Assembly: GCA_048885925.1 (NCBI GenBank) | Contig: JBHLLG010000023.1 | Span: 1 to 42,427, forward strand | Reading direction: 5' to 3' | Source: Candidatus Hermodarchaeota archaeon | GTDB lineage: Archaea; Asgardarchaeota; Lokiarchaeia; Sigyniarchaeales; SOKP01 | Length of the DNA stretch: 42,427 nucleotides | Shown here: piece by piece, positions 17,271-26,527 of the stretch | Numbering within the stretch: the first letter of the stretch is position 1 | How the letters are laid out: each line of letters opens with the position of its first letter | Position numbers and translations under genes: made by a program | Notes under the pieces: model-generated | What the model was told of the DNA's origin: nothing | The model's database searches: none | The model's input: the letters and a program-made list of their open reading frames with translations, nothing else

Positions 17271-20200
17271 TGGAAGGTGCAGTTTGTGTAATTGGAGGAG
17301 GAATTGCGGGAATTCAAACTTCTTTAGATCTTACGGAATTAGGCTTTAAAGTTTATTTAGTAGAAAGAACACCTTCGATTGGAGGTAGAATGTCTCAACT
17401 TGATAAAACGTTCCCTACAAATGATTGTAGTTTATGTATTCTGGCACCGAAAATGGTAGAGGTTTTTAGGAATCCCAATATAGAGTTGATGACATATCAC
17501 GAAGTTAAGGAAATTTCGGGTGAACCGGGAGATTTTACCGTTACTGTTCTGAAAAAACCTCGATATATTGAGGAATCACTATGTAAAGGATGTGGTGACT
17601 GTGCAACAAAATGCCCTAAAATAGAAGTTGGAAACATTTTTGACATGAATTTGGGTAAAAGAAAATCTGTGTATATCCCATTTCCACAAGCAGTCCCTCC
17701 TGTTTATTTAATTGACCCTGAAATTTGTTTGAAACTAACGAAAGGAGTGTGTGGGGTTTGTGAAAAAGTATGCGAAGTTAAAGCAATTAATTATGAACAG
17801 AAACCACAAGAAATAAAAATCAAAGTAGGAGCTGTAGTTGTAGCAACCGGATTTGATATGCCTGCTGAAGAATTATCAGCTAGATGGGGTTATCATTATA
17901 AAAATGTAGTGAGTGCTCTTGAATATGAAAGAATTCTATGTGCTTCTGGACCATTTGGTGGTCACGTTTTAAGACCAAGTGATGAGGAAGAACCCGAAAT
18001 TATAGCATTTATTCAATGTGCGGGTTCTCGAGATTTACATGAAAACGTGCCTTATTGCTCATCAGTTTGCTGTATGTACACTGCAAAGGAAGCCATAATA
18101 ACCAAAGAACATTCTGAGAAATCACAATGTTATGTATTTAGGCATGATATAAGAGCGTTTGGTAAGAATTTCTATGAATTTACTCAAAGAGCTCAAGATG
18201 AATATGGTGTGCAATACTATCAAACAAAAATCAGCAAAATAACAGAAGATCCCAAAACAAACGATTTAATTATTCATTATGAAGATTTAAAAACCGGAGA
18301 ATTTAAAGATTTTCGAGCAAATTTGGTTGTTTTGGCAACCCCATTGGTTCCTTCAAAAGGTACAACAGATTTAGCAAAAATTTTAAATATAGAATTAGAC
18401 GAATACAACTTCTTTAAGGAATACTCATATTTTAATAAATCTCAATCCTCACAAAATGGTATATTTTTATGTGGATTTTGTCAAGGTCCACAAGATATTC
18501 CAGAAACTGTAGCTGATGCGAGTGGAGTTGCATCACAAGTAGCTATGTTATTAAATCCAGCTAAATTTACTCAAGTTAAGGAGAAAATTTTTGAAGAACT
18601 AGAAAAAGAAGTTAAAATCACAGATACTCCTAGAATTGGTGTAATGATATGTTGGTGTGGGATTAACATTGGAAAATACGTTGATGTTCCTAATGTTGCA
18701 GAATATGTAAGAACATTACCAAATGTTGTTCATTGTGAAGATAATTTGTATTCATGTAGCTCAGATTCTCAGACAAGAATAAAAGAACTGATAAAAGGAT
18801 ATAAATTAAATAGGTTTATTGTAGCATCGTGTACTCCTAGAACTCATGAATCACTATTCCAAGAAACTTGCCAAGAAGCAGGATTAAATAAGTATCTCTT
18901 TGAAATGGTTAATATTCGTGATCAATGCTCTTGGGTTCATATGACTGAACTTAAGGCAGCAACACAAAAGTCTAAAGATCTAATTCGAATGGCTGTTGCT
19001 AAATCAAGATTATTAAAACCTCAGAAGGAAGAGACACTTGAGATTACTCCTACAGCATTAATAATAGGTGGTGGAATCGCTGGGATGAGTGCTGCTCTAA
19101 ATATTGCTAACCAAGGATTTAAAACTTTTATTGTTGAAAAGGAAAAATATCTTGGCGGAAACTTAAATAATTTAAATAAACTTTATCCAATTCATGAAAA
19201 TGCTACAAAATTTCTTGAAAATACTAAAAAACTAGTCAGCAATAACAAAAATATACAAGTTTTCTTAGAATCTAAAATAAATGATATCAAAGGATATATT
19301 GGTAATTATAATGTATCAATTATGGACTCTAAGCAAGAATTGCATGATCTCTTGATAGGTACGATTATTGTAGCCACAGGAGGACAAGAACTTAAGCCTA
19401 AAGGACTATTTCAATATGATGGAAAAAGAAAGAATGTAATGACTCAATTGGAGTTAGAGCAGAAACTTAAAGAAGAGGATAAATCTTGGCTTAATGATAT
19501 TAAACGTGTAACAACAATTTTATGTGTTAATGCGAGACAAAAAGAAGGTATAACCTATTGTTCAAATACATGTTGCGGAAATAGCATTAAAAATATTAGT
19601 TTCTTAAGAGAAATAAAACCTGAACTTGAAATCATTGTACTTTACAGAGATCTTCAGATGGCGAAAAAGAAATACGAAGAATATTATCGTAAACGTAGAA
19701 AAGATGCTATATTTTTGAGATACGATTTAGATAATATTCCAGAAATAACTAAAACAAATGGAAAAGTTGAAAAATATACTGTAAAAGTATTCGATACTAA
19801 TTTACAAGATACCGTTGAATTTGATACAGATTTAATAGTGTTATCAACTCCAATAATACCTGCAGATAACTTAGAAGATTTAGCAAAGAAACTAAAGGTT
19901 CCTCTGGATAAAAATGGATTCTTCTTGGAAGCTCATGTTAAATTACGTCCTTTAGATTTTGCGACTGATGGTATTTTCTTATGTGGATGCGCACAATGGC
20001 CTAAAAATATACAAGACTCAATATCACAGGCAAATGGAGCTGCTGGAAGAGCAAGTAGATTTTTAAGCGCAAAAGAAATCACCACATCGGGGATAGTAGC
20101 AGAATCAAATCCAGATATGTGTATTGGATGTGGTAAATGCGTAGAAATATGTCCTTATAATGCAATAGAATTAATTGAATCAACAAAAGATTTCGAAGAA

Positions 20201-20353
20201 GTTAGCTTTATTATTAAAAAATCATTTATAAACCCTGCCTTATGTAAAGGATGTGGAACATGTGCCGCTACATGCCCAAATGGCGCAATCTCAGTTAAGC
20301 ATTACGACTTTAATCAAATCACTGCTATGATAGAAGCATTTCTTTTAGAGTGA
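17270..20353 (+). CDS. hdrA: large Cys-type heterodisulfide reductase subunit A with two FAD-binding modules
   Basis: Two GGGIAG motifs, DKTFPTNDCSLC, CAGSR, CSSVCC, ICWCGINI, ASCTPRTHE, NIRDQCSW and C-terminal ferredoxins; start overlaps the upstream stop (TAATG). Confidence 0.92.
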   Translation: MEGAVCVIGGGIAGIQTSLDLTELGFKVYLVERTPSIGGRMSQLDKTFPTNDCSLCILAPKMVEVFRNPNIELMTYHEVKEISGEPGDFTVTVLKKPRYIEESLCKGCGDCATKCPKIEVGNIFDMNLGKRKSVYIPFPQAVPPVYLIDPEICLKLTKGVCGVCEKVCEVKAINYEQKPQEIKIKVGAVVVATGFDMPAEELSARWGYHYKNVVSALEYERILCASGPFGGHVLRPSDEEEPEIIAFIQCAGSRDLHENVPYCSSVCCMYTAKEAIITKEHSEKSQCYVFRHDIRAFGKNFYEFTQRAQDEYGVQYYQTKISKITEDPKTNDLIIHYEDLKTGEFKDFRANLVVLATPLVPSKGTTDLAKILNIELDEYNFFKEYSYFNKSQSSQNGIFLCGFCQGPQDIPETVADASGVASQVAMLLNPAKFTQVKEKIFEELEKEVKITDTPRIGVMICWCGINIGKYVDVPNVAEYVRTLPNVVHCEDNLYSCSSDSQTRIKELIKGYKLNRFIVASCTPRTHESLFQETCQEAGLNKYLFEMVNIRDQCSWVHMTELKAATQKSKDLIRMAVAKSRLLKPQKEETLEITPTALIIGGGIAGMSAALNIANQGFKTFIVEKEKYLGGNLNNLNKLYPIHENATKFLENTKKLVSNNKNIQVFLESKINDIKGYIGNYNVSIMDSKQELHDLLIGTIIVATGGQELKPKGLFQYDGKRKNVMTQLELEQKLKEEDKSWLNDIKRVTTILCVNARQKEGITYCSNTCCGNSIKNISFLREIKPELEIIVLYRDLQMAKKKYEEYYRKRRKDAIFLRYDLDNIPEITKTNGKVEKYTVKVFDTNLQDTVEFDTDLIVLSTPIIPADNLEDLAKKLKVPLDKNGFFLEAHVKLRPLDFATDGIFLCGCAQWPKNIQDSISQANGAAGRASRFLSAKEITTSGIVAESNPDMCIGCGKCVEICPYNAIELIESTKDFEEVSFIIKKSFINPALCKGCGTCAATCPNGAISVKHYDFNQITAMIEAFLLE

Positions 20354-20380
20354 GAATAAAAATAATAAAAAGGAGATATT

Positions 20381-20818
20381 ATGTCAAAATCAAAAAGTAA
20401 AGAAAATAAAGAAGGTTTCAATCCAGAAATTTTAGTTTTTTGCTGTAATTGGTGCTCTTATGCTGGAGCTGATTTAGCGGGAGTATCAAGATTTCAATAT
20501 CCTCCTAATATGAGGATTGTTCGAGTTATGTGTTCGGGTCGAGTTGATCCTTCCTTTGTTTTGAAAGCTTTAAATAATGGTGCAGACGGTGTTCTTATTA
20601 CTGGGTGTCATATTGGTGATTGCCATTACATATCTGGAAATGAATATACAAGAGACAGATTTAAGAGATTGCATGAAATCATAATAAAACAGTTAGGTAT
20701 AAATGGTAAACGTGTTAGACTTGAGTGGGTGAGTGCATCAGAAGGTAAGCAATTTGCAGATTTAATCACTGAATTTACAAATCAAATAAAAGAATTAGGG
20801 CCATTTCAAGCGACATAA
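20381..20818 (+). CDS. mvhD: methyl-viologen-reducing hydrogenase delta subunit (Cys type)
   Basis: FCCNWCSYAGADLAG, VMCSGRVDP, GCHIGDCHY and WVSASEG motifs; AAGGAG RBS. Confidence 0.95.
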   Translation: MSKSKSKENKEGFNPEILVFCCNWCSYAGADLAGVSRFQYPPNMRIVRVMCSGRVDPSFVLKALNNGADGVLITGCHIGDCHYISGNEYTRDRFKRLHEIIIKQLGINGKRVRLEWVSASEGKQFADLITEFTNQIKELGPFQAT

Positions 20819-20877
20819 TCTTTTTTAAGTTAATATTTTTTTCTTAGTTTTAATTATAGGAGTTAGGACCACTTTAG

Positions 20878-21585
20878 TATAAAGAAAATAATGCGAATTA
20901 TTTAAGATATAATTTGAGTAATATTCCAATTGTAGAAAAAATTGACAAAAATCCTGAAAAATATTGGATAGAAATGCGTGATGATGTTGATGTGGAAAAA
21001 AAAATCGCTTTTAAAACAGATCTTGTTTTGCTAGCAACCCCATTGATTCCCTCTAGAAATTTAAAAGAACTAGCAGCTATGCTAAACTTATGTTTGGATG
21101 ATAATGGTTTTTTTCCAGAAGCTAATGAAAAAATGCGACCTTTAGACTATGTAACCCATGGTATTTTTGTATGTGGGTGTGCTCAATGGCCAAAAAGTCT
21201 TCAAGATTCTATAACAAAAGCAAATGGATCTGCTAGGAGAGCCAGTATATTTCTGAGTAGAGGAAAAATCTCAAAAACAAACCTAGAATTTATGTCATTT
21301 CTACTTTCAATTGAATGCTTTTTTAGAGATTTAATTATTAATCCTAAAAAATGTAATGGTTGTGGAAATTGCGTGGAGAACTGTGCTTTCAAATCGAATG
21401 ATCTTATAGATGGTGAGAGTAAATTTGAGGATGATAGTTTACTCATTAGAAAAGCTGTAATAAATTCTGCACTTTGTAAGGGATGTGGAAAATGTTCTTC
21501 CATTTGCAAACTAAAAGCAATAAAAGCGAAATATTTTGATTTCAAGCAAATTTCATCGATAATTGACCCATATTTCTTAGAATAA
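20878..21585 (+). pseudogene. 5'-truncated paralog of the HdrA C-terminal region
   Basis: Similar to residues DLIVLSTP...GIFLCGCAQWPK...FLLE of the 17270 HdrA. Homology (NANYLRYNLSNIP vs DAIFLRYDLDNIP) extends upstream of the TTG at 20914 to an in-frame TAG at 20875 with no start codon. Confidence 0.65.
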
Positions 21586-21711
21586 GTAAAGGGATTTAAA
21601 ATTGAAGATGAAGAAATACCAATAATGGTCGATTAAGTTATTAATTTAATGAATAAAATCAGTCAATTTTGCATTAAAATTTATAAATAATAAGAAGATT
21701 AGGTTAATATT

Positions 21712-22053
21712 ATGGTTATGCAAGATATTAAAGAGGACCCAGAAACGAGAATAAAGAAATGGTTAGGGCAGCTTCAAACATTTCGAAATCCAATAACAAT
21801 AGTCGGGACAACAATACCAGAAGAATCTGATTTGGATGCTCAAATTAGAGAAGCTGCGTATTACTTATCATTAAAAAATCCAACTTATGAGGATTTATGT
21901 TGGAGTTTAGCTGAAAAGGTTCAAAAAGAAAAAAACCCCTCGCCCACTATAGACGATATTAGAAAAACTGCGGAAGAAATCTCTAATTCATCGAAAACAT
22001 ATGATGAATTATGTTGGTTAAATGCTGAATTAGAAATCTCCACGAAAAAATAG
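21712..22053 (+). CDS. hypothetical protein with two DUF2934-like repeats
   Basis: IREAAYYLS..TYEDLCWSLAE and IRKTAEEIS..TYDELCWLNAE. Confidence 0.6.
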   Translation: MVMQDIKEDPETRIKKWLGQLQTFRNPITIVGTTIPEESDLDAQIREAAYYLSLKNPTYEDLCWSLAEKVQKEKNPSPTIDDIRKTAEEISNSSKTYDELCWLNAELEISTKK

Positions 22054-22171
22054 AGAGAAATTTTAGGATAGAATTAGAGTTCCTTTAGCTTATACAAATA
22101 GAATTAATAAAAAAAGCTATTGAATTTAAGGGATTATAAGTCTCCTTTGCTTAGATTTCATATTTGATGTA

Positions 22172-22348
22172 CTATATGGGCACCCAAGTGTTATAATTAG
22201 AATAGCCCATATAATACACTCTCTCACATTCGGGACATTTCCGTGCCTCAATTATGTGAGAATCTTTAGTATAAGATGTATTTTCCTCACAACAGACCAA
22301 TTCTGTATGGCAATGTTCGCATTTATCAGGAAATTTTATTTTTTTCAT
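22172..22348 (-). CDS. 58-aa zinc-ribbon microprotein (absent from the ORF track)
   Basis: MKKIKFPDKCEHCHTELVCCEENTSYTKDSHIIEARKCPECERVYYMGYSNYNTWVPI*; AAGGAAAGGA upstream of the ATG. Confidence 0.7.
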   Translation of the reverse strand: MKKIKFPDKCEHCHTELVCCEENTSYTKDSHIIEARKCPECERVYYMGYSNYNTWVPI

Positions 22349-22409
22349 AATATCCTTTCCTTTCTAATAACATTTTTTTTTTAAAATACAATGAAAATAT
22401 ATAACGAAA

Positions 22410-22667
22410 TTAAATTAATATTTCAAAAACACTTACTCGTTTATCATTGTTATCTTTCGATTTTTTTATAAAATTATTCTCTTGGAGTTTTTTTAAAGCA
22501 TATGCGACGGTGCGTTTAGGGAGAAGGCTTTTCTTTAATATATCAATTTGGCTTAAAGATCCTCTTTGTTTTAACAAATATAAAATAAATTTACTAGAAG
22601 GAGATAAAGAATACAAATTTATCTTTTCCTCATAGTTTGATACAGAATATTTATCTTCTACAATCAT
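22410..22667 (-). CDS. MarR-type winged-helix regulator
   Basis: 'LSPSSKFILYLLKQRGSLSQIDILKKSLLPKRTVAYALKKLQENNFIKK...DKRVSVF'. Confidence 0.85.
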   Translation of the reverse strand: MIVEDKYSVSNYEEKINLYSLSPSSKFILYLLKQRGSLSQIDILKKSLLPKRTVAYALKKLQENNFIKKSKDNNDKRVSVFEILI

Positions 22668-22869
22668 TTATTGTTCCTTTCAAAAGAGTGATGATATTAA
22701 TTTAATCTTTCAAATTATTATAAAATGTTCTCTTATATAAGGATTATGGATTTCAATTAATTTAAACGATTATTTCGGCCTTTGTTTCAATTTAATACTA
22801 GATTTAATTTTTAGTTTCAAATTTAAACTATTTTAAAATAGTTAATCACGCTTTCTAAAATGATTAATG

Positions 22870-23433
22870 TTAAAAATTACCACAGCCATCACATTTACCA
22901 TCTAGATACGCTTCACAATCTTTACATATATTCCCACAATCAGCTTCTTGACTTTTTTTGCTAAAAAGGTTTAGAGCTAGATATTTAGGAGTGTCTAGAT
23001 TAGAAACAAATAAAATTTCAGAATGCAATATTCCCTCTTTATTTGTCGGTCCGCAGTAGTTAATATATCTATGAAGAACATCAATACTTTGACCTATTAT
23101 TCCCATTATTAAATTATATCGTCCAGTAATTTGAGCTAGTAAAAAAACTCTTGGACAATCAGAATATGCATTTATAATCTTTTTTACTTCATCATAATTT
23201 TTCATTTCTAGAAGAATTATACATGCTTTATAATTGAGGGCGTTAATATTAATGTTTCCTTGGACTTTGAGTATTCCCGAATCTTCTAATTTTACAATTC
23301 TTTTTCTTACACCAGCATGAGTCATGATATCTTGATCTGGTTTGAACACTTTTTCGCCTATACTAATTAAACTTTCTCGCCCTTGATTATATAAAGCATT
23401 AATAATTTGCTTATCTATGTTATCTAATCCCAT
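22870..23433 (-). CDS. Lrp/AsnC family regulator with Cys-rich C-terminal tail
   Basis: LDNIDKQIINAL..GVRKRIVKLEDSGIL HTH; ITGRYNL RAM domain; CGNICKDC..KCDGC tail. Confidence 0.88.
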   Translation of the reverse strand: MGLDNIDKQIINALYNQGRESLISIGEKVFKPDQDIMTHAGVRKRIVKLEDSGILKVQGNININALNYKACIILLEMKNYDEVKKIINAYSDCPRVFLLAQITGRYNLIMGIIGQSIDVLHRYINYCGPTNKEGILHSEILFVSNLDTPKYLALNLFSKKSQEADCGNICKDCEAYLDGKCDGCGNF

Positions 23434-23672
23434 AATATAAATACAAGAAGTCTTAAAATAAAAATATGCAATAATACAAATTTAAGACAATAAAAATTCT
23501 CCTTTATCTACCCTTTAAGTTAAGAAATCACAATTTCTTAATCTTTATAGTCATTCTTTTCATTTTTTGAATTTTTTAGTAGCCATTTTAAAAAGTTAAA
23601 GTACTATTAAGTGAGTTAAGTTTTTTGTTTATAACTAATTTATTATAAAACGTAAAAACCTTAAAGAAAATA

Positions 23673-24179
23673 TTATAAATCAGAAGAAATATTCGTTAAC
23701 TTACTAATGTCATCAGGAAGATGATCAATTCCAGCGAATTCTTTTATAACAATTGATTTTATTTTAGATCGCAATTCTGGTTTGAGATTAGGGTAAGTTA
23801 TTTGAGATTTCCCTCCAATACTTTCACAATCATCTTCAATTATTAAATTGGGTTTAGCTTCTTTAATTACCAAGTTCCAATTTTTCTCTTTTCGGCGATA
23901 AAATATAGGTCCTTTAGGAAATTTGTACTTTATTAACACATTTTCGTCCTTTTTTACATTTTCGAGAGTTAAGTGAGAACTAAGATACAAAATCTCAGCT
24001 CCTTGATTATACCATGAAGTTAATTTTTTAACAACATTACCAATTGGAATGTATGAAGCAAAATCAGATATAGATTCATCAGCATCTTTGATAATTTGTT
24101 GTACTATTTGTCCTCTTGAAAGACCTAAAGCAGTCTTATGCATAATACAGGTTCCATGGAGAAATACTAGAATCCTCAT
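23673..24179 (-). CDS. HAD-fold-like hypothetical protein
   Basis: ILVFLHGT (degenerate motif I), ILYLSS and LIIEDD. Confidence 0.55.
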   Translation of the reverse strand: MRILVFLHGTCIMHKTALGLSRGQIVQQIIKDADESISDFASYIPIGNVVKKLTSWYNQGAEILYLSSHLTLENVKKDENVLIKYKFPKGPIFYRRKEKNWNLVIKEAKPNLIIEDDCESIGGKSQITYPNLKPELRSKIKSIVIKEFAGIDHLPDDISKLTNISSDL

Positions 24180-24342
24180 TCGCGTTGTGTTTTCCGATAT
24201 TTATTTTTAATCATACTCTTACATCAATCTTAAGATTTAATTAATTATAAAGAAAATTAATTTTCCTTTATATTATTCATACTACAAAAGTCTCTGTTTA
24301 AAACTGATAATATTTATTGATATTGTAAATTTCTGAAAAAAC

Positions 24343-25347
24343 TCACTTTCGATAAATAAGTTGAGTGGCTTGTGTTGGACATGAAGTTACACACAGACCA
24401 CAGCCATAACATCTATTCTCATTTATTATTGGTAATTCATTATCTAGATCTCTCGCACCAAATAAACACACGTCAATGCAGGTATGACAACCATTACATT
24501 CATCTGGATTTAATATAGCTATATAATCTGCTTTTGCAATGAAATTGAACTTATTGAATTTTAAAAGTGCTTGAAGTTCATGACAGCAGCAAGCACAACA
24601 ACTACAAATTGCATAAACCTCTTGACCGGGTAAAAATAGAGCGAGATGAACTAATCTAGCTTGACTTGAATATTCAAGAATTTTTTTTGCTTTTTTGAGC
24701 GAAATGAGTTTTCCATATCCATGTGAAATTATATGTTCCCCTTCCTCATTAAGAATTAAACATGTTTCAATTCGATTACTACATTTTTCGAAAGCTACAC
24801 GACAACCACAATTTGAAAGTGAAATAATACGAGCATGTTCCAAAATTTGTATAGCTTGATTTGTAGGTAGAATATATTGGGATAATGTGAATGCCTTATT
24901 GATGGGAATTACTTCAGAAGAGAATTTGAGCTTACCTTCAGCGATAGCACCTTCAGTTTTTTCTATGCGTGTATTAAGATAGTAATGTCTAAGCCTATTT
25001 AATTCTACGGGTTTGAATATCAAATAAGGGTGCTCCTGAAGGTTCCTACTTACAATTTCATAAAAACTTCTGCACTTATAAACAATATCATTATTAACTT
25101 TTTTTTTTTTAAGAAATCCTTTCTTGAACAGTTTAGCAATGATAGATGGTACTTTAGTTGATCTATTTAGAATCAACCTTTCTCGTAATAATGAAATAGT
25201 CAAAAAATCTTCAGTTAAGAAATTTAAAACCTGTAACTCGTCAAGGGTAATAACACTTCTAAAAATGTTTAAAAACTCATCAGGAACATCTATAGCTTTT
25301 AAGAATTTTTGATATTGAATTTCCCAGAGATCTTTTGTTGTTATCAT
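24343..25347 (-). CDS. 4Fe-4S ferredoxin-domain protein with N-terminal wHTH and Cys-rich middle region
   Basis: NCGCR..C..C, ICSCCACCC, CNGCHTCIDVC and CYGCGLCVTSCP motifs. Confidence 0.85.
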   Translation of the reverse strand: MITTKDLWEIQYQKFLKAIDVPDEFLNIFRSVITLDELQVLNFLTEDFLTISLLRERLILNRSTKVPSIIAKLFKKGFLKKKKVNNDIVYKCRSFYEIVSRNLQEHPYLIFKPVELNRLRHYYLNTRIEKTEGAIAEGKLKFSSEVIPINKAFTLSQYILPTNQAIQILEHARIISLSNCGCRVAFEKCSNRIETCLILNEEGEHIISHGYGKLISLKKAKKILEYSSQARLVHLALFLPGQEVYAICSCCACCCHELQALLKFNKFNFIAKADYIAILNPDECNGCHTCIDVCLFGARDLDNELPIINENRCYGCGLCVTSCPTQATQLIYRK

Positions 25348-25359
25348 TTCAATTAATTA

Positions 25360-26220
25360 TCATTTGCAACATTTATTTTGATTATCATCTGATGGTATTT
25401 CTAACCATTCAATTTTTTTTTGATCTTGCTCAATAGATACTTCGCAACTTTGAACATAATCTATATCTAACCTATTCTCAAAGAGCCTGCGAGCTAAAAT
25501 TAATGCCTGATTTATATTTATAACCCTACCTTTTTGATCTGGATTACATCTTTCCCATTCTTTGAGACTTTCATTTGAAGTAAAAAATAATGTAGTAGAA
25601 CATTGAGAACCTAAATATGCAATTAGGTTTTCAGGCTGTTGGTAAGCAATTTGTTCATCTTTAATCTCTATCTTAATTTCTTGTTTAGAAATAGGATCTT
25701 TTGAAAAAATCATAGCATCTTGATTGTATGTAAAAGGAAGACCCAAAGCATCGATAACACATGCTGCTTCAATAGGTTTGAGGCTTCTTCCATCTTTTAA
25801 TATAACTTTGTGATCATATCCAATTTTAGAAATTCGCGGAATAATTTTGTCATCGGCTACTCTATCCCTATAAATTAATCCTATTCTTTCAAGTTTAGCT
25901 AAAATTTCGTTTAGATCTTGAACTGACATGTATAATTCATTTTCAATTTCCATAAAAATATGGATTATATCATATTTTGAATATTGTTCTATTATATAAT
26001 TAAAAACCTTTTCTTGATTTTGAGTTAACCCAACTTGAGGAAATCCTCTTTTTACAAATTGTATCATCATTTTTTCTTCAATTTTTTTATCGTAGTTTAA
26101 TCTTAGAGTTCGCTTAGTCTCTTCAATATCTGGAAAATGATGATTTTGTTTATACTGATCTAACAGATATGTTAGAATCTTTCTTTCTTCTATCGTTAAT
26201 TCTGAATCTATACTTTTCAT
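25360..26220 (-). CDS. organomercurial lyase (MerB)-like protein with N-terminal helical/wHTH extension
   Basis: ACVIDALG (Cys/Asp), SKDPISKQEIKIEI and QCSTTLFFTS resemble the MerB core; ends in CCK. Confidence 0.7.
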   Translation of the reverse strand: MKSIDSELTIEERKILTYLLDQYKQNHHFPDIEETKRTLRLNYDKKIEEKMMIQFVKRGFPQVGLTQNQEKVFNYIIEQYSKYDIIHIFMEIENELYMSVQDLNEILAKLERIGLIYRDRVADDKIIPRISKIGYDHKVILKDGRSLKPIEAACVIDALGLPFTYNQDAMIFSKDPISKQEIKIEIKDEQIAYQQPENLIAYLGSQCSTTLFFTSNESLKEWERCNPDQKGRVININQALILARRLFENRLDIDYVQSCEVSIEQDQKKIEWLEIPSDDNQNKCCK

Positions 26221-26319
26221 CTTATTATATCTTGAGAAATGTAAAGTTTAGTTTTAAATAATCATAATGGACTTATAATCTCTTTTTAATAAAATTATGT
26301 GAATTTATTTTCTTAATAA

Positions 26320-26334
26320 ATGTAAAAATTGCAT
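26320..26334. promoter_or_regulatory. 15-bp palindromic operator candidate (site 1)
   Basis: ATGTAAAAATTGCAT, upstream of the merB-like gene. Confidence 0.55.
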
Positions 26335-26527
26335 TTAATTTTATATGTGAAAATTTACCTATTATATACTAAAAGGAAATTAAATTATTCAATATTTAAA
26401 GAGATCTACCCTTAATAAAAATTTACAATAAGTTAACTCTCTCCCTACCTGATCATATGAGAATATATTTGTTTCCTTTTTTCCTTTTTTCTAACTCTAT
26501 AGTTTGATAATAAAATTAATAAAAAAG

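Noticed and set aside
21660-23479. Half-matches to the ATGCA-N5-TGCAT operator at ~21660 and ~23466
   Set aside because: Only one good half-site or wrong spacing; expected by chance at this AT content.
23520-23541. Inverted repeat TTAAGAAAT-CACA-ATTTCTTAA
   Set aside because: Almost entirely A/T and single-copy; cannot be distinguished from chance or a generic terminator.
25357-25362. TGA ending the MerB-like gene as a C-terminal Sec (CCKU)
   Set aside because: It is immediately followed by TAA and the next gene, with no SECIS-like structure; it looks like a tandem stop.
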